Part shown: positions 58,907-64,000 of the stretch, piece by piece
Layout: each line of letters starts with the position of its first letter
How positions within the stretch are numbered: the stretch's first letter is position 1
Notes under the pieces: generated by a model
Database searches by the model: none
What the model was told of the DNA's origin: nothing
What the model saw: only the letters and a program-made list of their open reading frames with translations
Source of the DNA: a virus
IMG/VR virus record: IMGVR_UViG_3300017917_002644
Span: 10,635-74,634 of that record
Length of the DNA stretch: 64,000 bases
Direction: 5' to 3' (one strand)
Program-made: the position numbers and the translations under genes

Positions 58907-60823
58907 TTAGGCTCCAAATCCTGGTTTAAACTTTTCAATAACCTCTTTGTTGTGTGTTAAAACACCATTTGCGAAAAAATTATTATTATCTTTAACTTCA
59001 AATATATAAGTTTTTGTATCTATCAATGGTAATTCTTCTATTGAAACTATACTAACCATTTCTGTAATAGTTGGTAGATATAGTTTATCACCGATTTTAA
59101 TATCTTTAACAGTTTTATTTAAAGTATATCTTTCGTTTGTCAATTCTGATTTGTATGATGATAATTCAAATCCTTCAGTATAAAATGGATGGTCAAATGT
59201 ACAAATTGTTTCAACTCCATTATCAAATGTATATTTAACTAAATCATTATGTATTGGTGATTTTAATCCAACTACTTCTTTGGATTCTATTTTATTTTCC
59301 AACTCATTATATGATAAAACAATATCTCCTTCAACTATATCTTCAATATTTTTTTCTAAACCATCACTCATAAGAATTTTTGTACCACTTACAAAACAAA
59401 AGAATGGAGAATAATTCGGGTTGTGTTGAATTAACATTGTAGTTGCACGAGATAACATAGAATTATTATCTATATCCAATGCAGTTAAGAATACATCCTG
59501 TGGTTCCACATTTACTTCATATACTTCTTTCTCTAAAAATACTATTGAAGTAGAAACAACTTCTTTTTTCATAAGTTGATTGGTATCTCCGTTCATAATA
59601 ATAACTTTATCTCCAATTTCTAAATCATTTATATATTTAAATTTAGTAATATTTGAATCTTTTAATTCAATATAAATGTTTGAGTCTTTAGCATCATCCC
59701 AAGTTGTACCATCTTCTAATTCTACTCGTATAAATAACCCTTCATAATTTAATTTATTAAAACCAATAACTTCGGCAGTATTTACTATTATACTATTTTC
59801 GGTTTCTTCAAATGTTGAATTCCAAGATGAAAAATCAATAGCTCCGGTTGGTAAATTTGAAAATTGTGTAGATTTTACAATAGTACCAACTTCTAAATTA
59901 TCTATTCCTATTAAATTACCGTTTTCACCTATTATAACGGTATCTACATCCAAATGGAATGAAGGAACTCTATTATGAGATAATTTATTTATCCATTTTA
60001 TTTTAGATTTATTTGTAAGTTTGTTAGAACCACTTATAAATTCATCGGGCCATATATTATTTTCAACAAAAGAAGAAACTGTATATGAACCTAAATGTAA
60101 GGTATCTAAATTAGCACCATATAAAATATCTAAACTTCTTATAACGGAATATCTATTTTCTACTAAGTTATTTTCTGAATTTACAAATTGTTGAATCAGA
60201 TTATCTTCACTTAAAGAATTTTTTAAACCATTTAATTCATCTTCTGAAGTTACGTTATATAATGCGGGATATTCAGAAAGTTGATACATTGGAAATCTAT
60301 GTTTTACCACAACATTTGGTGATACATTTTGTATATTATCTATGTTTATGGTATCTAAAACATAATCATCAACTTTTAAATAAGTTGGAATAGAATAATT
60401 TTCATCTTGTATTAAATCAACTATTCCCTTTTTATCCGCACAATACACTTCATCTATAAGAGCAGTTGCATCATATGCCTGTCTTAATATTAATTTATTT
60501 TCACTATCTTCTATTTGTGGTACTGTAATTGAAGCGGCACCTACTTCATGTTTTGTAAACTGAATTCCTAAATTATTACAAATACTTTCTAAAACCTCTG
60601 AAAATACTATACCTGTTTCTGAAAAATTCATTTCAGTCTCTCTATTTACTATGTAATGTAATTCAGTAAATTCATTGGATGATATAAAATTTGTTAATTC
60701 AGTAAAATCAAAATCATTAAGTATATCATTATTATGGACACTAATGTTTGTATTCATTTCTATGAATTTAACATTATCATTTTCATCTCTTAAAAAATCA
60801 CTACCTATTAAAAGTGCTCTCAT
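58907..60823 (-). CDS. Circularly permuted ATP-grasp domain + two tandem Hint (intein-like) domains flanking a 7-aa peptide
   Basis: N-terminal GSDFLRDENDNVKFIEMNTN, VVVKHRFP, LIQQFV. Hint1 aa ~290-468 ends VYEVNVE...QHN. Hint2 aa 476-625 is CFVSGTKI..CTFDHPF..TYIFEV..NNFFANGVLTHN. Confidence 0.8.
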   Translation of the reverse strand: MRALLIGSDFLRDENDNVKFIEMNTNISVHNNDILNDFDFTELTNFISSNEFTELHYIVNRETEMNFSETGIVFSEVLESICNNLGIQFTKHEVGAASITVPQIEDSENKLILRQAYDATALIDEVYCADKKGIVDLIQDENYSIPTYLKVDDYVLDTINIDNIQNVSPNVVVKHRFPMYQLSEYPALYNVTSEDELNGLKNSLSEDNLIQQFVNSENNLVENRYSVIRSLDILYGANLDTLHLGSYTVSSFVENNIWPDEFISGSNKLTNKSKIKWINKLSHNRVPSFHLDVDTVIIGENGNLIGIDNLEVGTIVKSTQFSNLPTGAIDFSSWNSTFEETENSIIVNTAEVIGFNKLNYEGLFIRVELEDGTTWDDAKDSNIYIELKDSNITKFKYINDLEIGDKVIIMNGDTNQLMKKEVVSTSIVFLEKEVYEVNVEPQDVFLTALDIDNNSMLSRATTMLIQHNPNYSPFFCFVSGTKILMSDGLEKNIEDIVEGDIVLSYNELENKIESKEVVGLKSPIHNDLVKYTFDNGVETICTFDHPFYTEGFELSSYKSELTNERYTLNKTVKDIKIGDKLYLPTITEMVSIVSIEELPLIDTKTYIFEVKDNNNFFANGVLTHNKEVIEKFKPGFGA

Positions 60824-60868
60824 ATTTTTAATTTATTTTTACTAACTATAAGTATTATCTTTTTTTAA

Positions 60869-61114
60869 TTATAACCCGTCTACTACATCCCATTTGCCAA
60901 TACCACATGCTCCCTTTTTAGGTGAATGTATTTTTGCTTCCAAAGGACACCCACATTCTCCACAAATAACAGAAAAATCAACATCTTCAATTATCTGTCT
61001 TCTGTATGAGCAGGTTGAACATATTTTTAATCGCTTTAACGCAAGTTCTCTTTCGGATTGAGATGGTTTCCATTTGATAACCCATGCTTTTAGTATTTCT
61101 TCAAATTTATTCAT
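60869..61114 (-). CDS. Small Cys-rich metal-binding protein
   Basis: RLKICSTC..CGECGC..K..ACGIGKW. Confidence 0.75.
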   Translation of the reverse strand: MNKFEEILKAWVIKWKPSQSERELALKRLKICSTCSYRRQIIEDVDFSVICGECGCPLEAKIHSPKKGACGIGKWDVVDGL

Positions 61115-61416
61115 TTGATTTTAGATTGTATTTCTTTTACTTTGGAACAATGTTCATACATTTCTATATTCAAAAATTGTTCGTTTAACCATTTAAGTAA
61201 ATCGGAATATTCCCTTTTAGATATTGTAATATAAAATGATGAATTTTTTAATTTGAATAAAACCAACTCTTTTGCACCTCTATTGGATTTAAAATTATCT
61301 ATTGTATCCAATACTCTTTCTAAATCTTTGGGTGTAAGGGATGCTCTTCGAATATATTCTTTCCAATCCCATTTAACATAACCCTTTTCCAATTTATTCA
61401 ATGCGGAAATATTCAT
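61111..61416 (-). CDS. Hypothetical protein (UVR-like helical C-terminus)
   Basis: EMYEHCSKVKEI tail; TATTTAT motif upstream. Confidence 0.6.
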   Translation of the reverse strand: MNISALNKLEKGYVKWDWKEYIRRASLTPKDLERVLDTIDNFKSNRGAKELVLFKLKNSSFYITISKREYSDLLKWLNEQFLNIEMYEHCSKVKEIQSKIK

Positions 61417-61440
61417 AACTTTTTATATATACATAAATAT

Positions 61441-61470
61441 AAAGGGAATGAAAAAACTTCCACTCCCTTT
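61441..61470 (-). terminator. Probable intrinsic terminator hairpin
   Basis: Minus strand AAAGGGAGTGGAA-gttt-TTTCATTCCCTTT (G-U pairs), after 61497-62300. Confidence 0.65.
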
Positions 61471-61496
61471 ACAAAAACCTTGTGATTATATGTTAA

Positions 61497-62300
61497 TTAA
61501 TCTATTTTAGTTCCACAATGTGGGCAGAACTTATATGAACTCTTTTTAATTCTACTACCACATTCTCCACAGTAATTACGAATATCCTTTCTATCAAACA
61601 CTTTTTGTGAATGAGGAAGAATCTTCCAACTTACGGTATGAAAACAAAATGTATCAAACTCTTTATCTGAATTATCAAATGTTTGAGTTGATACTTCACC
61701 TTTTTCTACTACACCAGTTTCAATGTTACCTTTTGGTGTTGGGTTTGAATAAAATGTCTCGTGTGTAGTTCCGAAAGTTGTAGTATAAGATGGAACGTGC
61801 ATACCTGTTGTTGTGAAAGTAATAGGATTACTATTTGATGTTGTATATGTTGCATTACTATTTAACAACGTAGTTCCACCTGCACTCCATCCTGAACTGT
61901 TACCCCAACTAATTCCACCAGATGAGAAAATGTTAGTTAATCTTTTTTCTCTGAAGAAAGAAATCTCAACTAATCCATTTAAACGAATTGCGTTTTGAAC
62001 TTCGGTATCACCACCATCTACATCATAGGTTGTGAAAGTAAATTTGTTATTTGTATCTAAAAACCTTTCTAAGAATATTCTCTCACCAGGTCTAAGAACG
62101 ATACCACCATTTGAAATCCATTCACCATTCAGTTTGATTTTGGCAAGTACGGTTTCTGTGAGTGGGTTGAATAATTCTATCTCAAAAGAATCATCATTTT
62201 TTAGGTAAACATTTCCGTTGATTTGTTTTAACCTCTGTTTGTTTTTGGTAACAAACGATTGCGGGTTTGGTAGCGTGGCTACCCAATTTTGAGTGTACAT
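61497..62300 (-). CDS. Hypothetical protein with C-terminal double zinc ribbon
   Basis: YCGECG..FCPHCG; Ser/Thr-rich linker. Confidence 0.75.
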   Translation of the reverse strand: MYTQNWVATLPNPQSFVTKNKQRLKQINGNVYLKNDDSFEIELFNPLTETVLAKIKLNGEWISNGGIVLRPGERIFLERFLDTNNKFTFTTYDVDGGDTEVQNAIRLNGLVEISFFREKRLTNIFSSGGISWGNSSGWSAGGTTLLNSNATYTTSNSNPITFTTTGMHVPSYTTTFGTTHETFYSNPTPKGNIETGVVEKGEVSTQTFDNSDKEFDTFCFHTVSWKILPHSQKVFDRKDIRNYCGECGSRIKKSSYKFCPHCGTKID

Positions 62301-62407
62301 AATTTTATCTCCTTATTTTTTGTTTGTATTTAAATCTTTATTCGTTGGTAACATCCCAACTCAAATGCCACATTGGACACTAAAGGTTTAACCACAAGGT
62401 TTGAATA

Positions 62408-62439
62408 TAAATATACGGAAAATAATTTATATTACCAAA
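62408..62439 (-). promoter_or_regulatory. Bacteroidota-type promoter TTTG-N20-TATATTTA overlapping a TATTTATA motif
   Basis: Same 20-nt spacing; gives a ~100-nt leader to ATG 62300. Confidence 0.7.
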
Positions 62440-62574
62440 TCGGCGGGAGGGGGAGGGGGGTTCGTTTTAAGAAAATTTTTGGTCGTAAAAGAATTTCTTA
62501 TCTCTATTGATAGTTGCCTCTATTTAGTGTGGATTGTGATAGTTGCCCAGTTTAGTACCGATTGAGTACCTCTT

Positions 62575-62733
62575 TTAACAACACTTCTTACACCCCTTAG
62601 CCTTCCATATGCGGGATTTTAGGAACCAAATGGGGAAATATACCACCACACATCCAACAAAGAGAACCAGCCCCGCTAAAAGGAACGGAGAAAAGAGGAT
62701 AAGAGTTGATATTGAATTCCACCAGTTTTTCAT
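62575..62733 (-). CDS. 52-aa membrane protein (MKNWWNSISTLILFSPFLLAGLVLFVGCVVVYFPIWFLKSRIWKAKGCKKCC)
   Basis: Read from sequence. Hydrophobic helix plus basic Cys-rich tail; starts 11 nt after the upstream stop. Confidence 0.6.
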   Translation of the reverse strand: MKNWWNSISTLILFSPFLLAGLVLFVGCVVVYFPIWFLKSRIWKAKGCKKCC

Positions 62734-62744
62734 ATTTTAAAAGA

Positions 62745-63674
62745 TTATCCTCCGGAGCCAGTTGTGGAAGTTGTTGTAGTTGATGGTAGTTTAGAAACCG
62801 TATCGGAAAGAGATGATAAATTGGAAGTAAGAGAAGATACTTGTGATTGTATTCCCGCAGTCAAATCACCCGAAAGGGCATCGGTTTGAGGAGTGGAAAC
62901 GATTGAAGTAATCGTAGATTCTTTTCTTACTACCGTATGGGTATCTTCATTTTCGAAAATCGTAGTAATCCTCTTATCAGTAGCAATATCTAAAGAGGTG
63001 ACTTCCTTACCATTAAAGAAGACATCCTTAATTAAATTAAAATCTTGACGAAGTAATTGAAGCTTGGTATCAACAGTAGTTATAAACTTCTTTAATTTAG
63101 TTTTATCTAACTTACCATCAGATTGAAGGGTTTCTACATTCAATTTCTCAATAGAGTAATGAGGTGCTTCGACCATCCTATAAAAGTTATAGTAAGAGTA
63201 AGTATCCGAAGGTTTAGTATCTGAATCTGTAAGTGTCCAATTAATCTGTTGTATAAGAGAAAGAGGTAACCCCTGAATCAATTCCGTATCTTCGTAGTTA
63301 TATACCACATTCGTAACCCCTGCGATAGAGTTGGCACCCTCTCTGTTATTTGCCAATTCTGTAAGGGGTGTAACCTCTAAAGTAATGATAGGGATAGATT
63401 TACCCATAGGACGATTTAATACCGTACCATTTTGTTCTATATCGTAATGAGGATTAAGAGAACTCTCTATCTCTGAAAGGGTATTAGGAGAAACGAGATT
63501 CACATCCAAAACCTTTACTATGATTCCATCTGCTTCTAAGACTGGGATAAGATTAGGTAAGGTTGAACCGAAATTAAAAACCAAAGGGGGTACGGATGGG
63601 GATGCGGTTATTCTCCACTCCTTTCCATCCTTACTTATAGAATATCTTTGAGGGTTTTGGTTTATGGGTTTCAT
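62745..63674 (-). CDS. Hypothetical protein with Ser/Thr-rich C-terminus
   Basis: 309-aa ORF coupled (ATGA) to the upstream gene. Confidence 0.7.
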   Translation of the reverse strand: MKPINQNPQRYSISKDGKEWRITASPSVPPLVFNFGSTLPNLIPVLEADGIIVKVLDVNLVSPNTLSEIESSLNPHYDIEQNGTVLNRPMGKSIPIITLEVTPLTELANNREGANSIAGVTNVVYNYEDTELIQGLPLSLIQQINWTLTDSDTKPSDTYSYYNFYRMVEAPHYSIEKLNVETLQSDGKLDKTKLKKFITTVDTKLQLLRQDFNLIKDVFFNGKEVTSLDIATDKRITTIFENEDTHTVVRKESTITSIVSTPQTDALSGDLTAGIQSQVSSLTSNLSSLSDTVSKLPSTTTTSTTGSGG

Positions 63675-63955
63675 CTCTTACTAAGTTTCTTATAAATAGT
63701 AACTTCTTTTGTTTTGGGGTGTTTTCTCTTTTCTGCTTCCAATACTCCTCTTCTTAACTGTTGATACCTTCCTTCCCATACACAATCCTCAATGATGTAA
63801 TTTATAATCACCTCATCTGATACTCTACCTCTCATTTCTTTAGGTAGGTTTTTTGCTTCATCGGATGCCAAACCTATAAAATGAACTTGAGTTGCCAATC
63901 CCACTGAACATCCAAAATGGTTTGATATCTTTTTATATACTTCTTCTTTAATCAT
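63671..63955 (-). CDS. Hypothetical protein
   Basis: Start likely ATG 63955 (MIKEEV), 6 nt after TATTTATA at 63962-63969. Confidence 0.6.
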   Translation of the reverse strand: MIKEEVYKKISNHFGCSVGLATQVHFIGLASDEAKNLPKEMRGRVSDEVIINYIIEDCVWEGRYQQLRRGVLEAEKRKHPKTKEVTIYKKLSKR

Positions 63956-64000
63956 AACATATATAAATATCACTATCCTCAAAATAAGGTAAAAAGAAAA

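Noticed and set aside
58907-60823. Hint domains as ordinary selfish inteins
   Set aside because: No homing endonuclease, no Cys/Ser/Thr at +1 (Pro after Hint1, Lys after Hint2), Hint1 lacks Cys1, and they do not interrupt a conserved host enzyme.
6868-61998. Other plus-strand ORFs and nested minus-strand ORFs (e.g. 18797-19015, 30594-30809, 52517-52756)
   Set aside because: They lie within or opposite well-supported genes, have Phe/Ser/Ile-rich shadow composition and no promoter motifs. Only 28587-28769 is retained.
3663-63969. TATAAATA on the plus strand read as T4-type late promoters driving plus-strand transcripts
   Set aside because: They would point away from the adjacent genes. The motif's orientation tracks the coding strand as TATTTAT, including the flip at 28531.
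1-64000. CRISPR array, tRNA/rRNA genes, integrase/transposase, DGR reverse transcriptase
   Set aside because: No regularly spaced repeat-spacer units, cloverleaf or such enzymes were seen by eye. The repeats at 62508/62537 are only two copies. A tRNAscan run would be needed to fully exclude tRNAs.
1-64000. Stop-codon reassignment (alternative genetic code)
   Set aside because: Code-11 ORFs are full length and tightly tiled; TAA, TGA (ATGA overlaps) and TAG (e.g. 10633) all serve as stops.

Overview
A 64-kb segment of a very AT-rich, densely coding large myovirus-type (contractile-tail) phage genome. Almost every gene is on the minus strand, with ATGA/TAATG-coupled operons and the standard genetic code. 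Five TTG-N20-TAnnTTnn promoters and a scarcity of Shine-Dalgarno sequences point to a Bacteroidota host. From left to right: (1) a >1219-aa multi-module ORF that runs off the left edge and is missing from the ORF track (NadM-like nucleotidyltransferase, hydrophobic segment, HExxH peptidase, Zn ribbon, KxDG ligase-like module, with LNE motifs at module borders); (2) a ~20-kb glycan synthesis/modification island (nucleotide-sugar cassette, 3 SGNH-like genes, 7 paralogous putative glycosyltransferases, radical SAM, 2 GT7 genes with inserted LamG, GT2-like, methyltransferase, GT4-like); (3) a tail fibre with an S74 chaperone and an Ntn hydrolase; (4) replication/recombination genes (fused SbcD-SbcC, primase, endonuclease I); (5) a baseplate/tail module; (6) auxiliary genes (carbamoyltransferase, late sigma factor, peptide deformylase, 2OG-Fe(II) oxygenases, UvsE, Hsp20, HD protein). 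The strongest candidate for an undescribed system is 58290-61114. There, a circularly permuted ATP-grasp ligase is fused to two tandem Hint (intein-like) domains that exactly bracket a 7-residue peptide (HN|PNYSPFF|CF). It is followed by an unannotated 37-aa ORF and a variant 2OG-Fe(II) oxygenase, suggesting a self-processing peptide (RiPP-like) factory. All family calls come from motif recognition by eye; no database searches were run.
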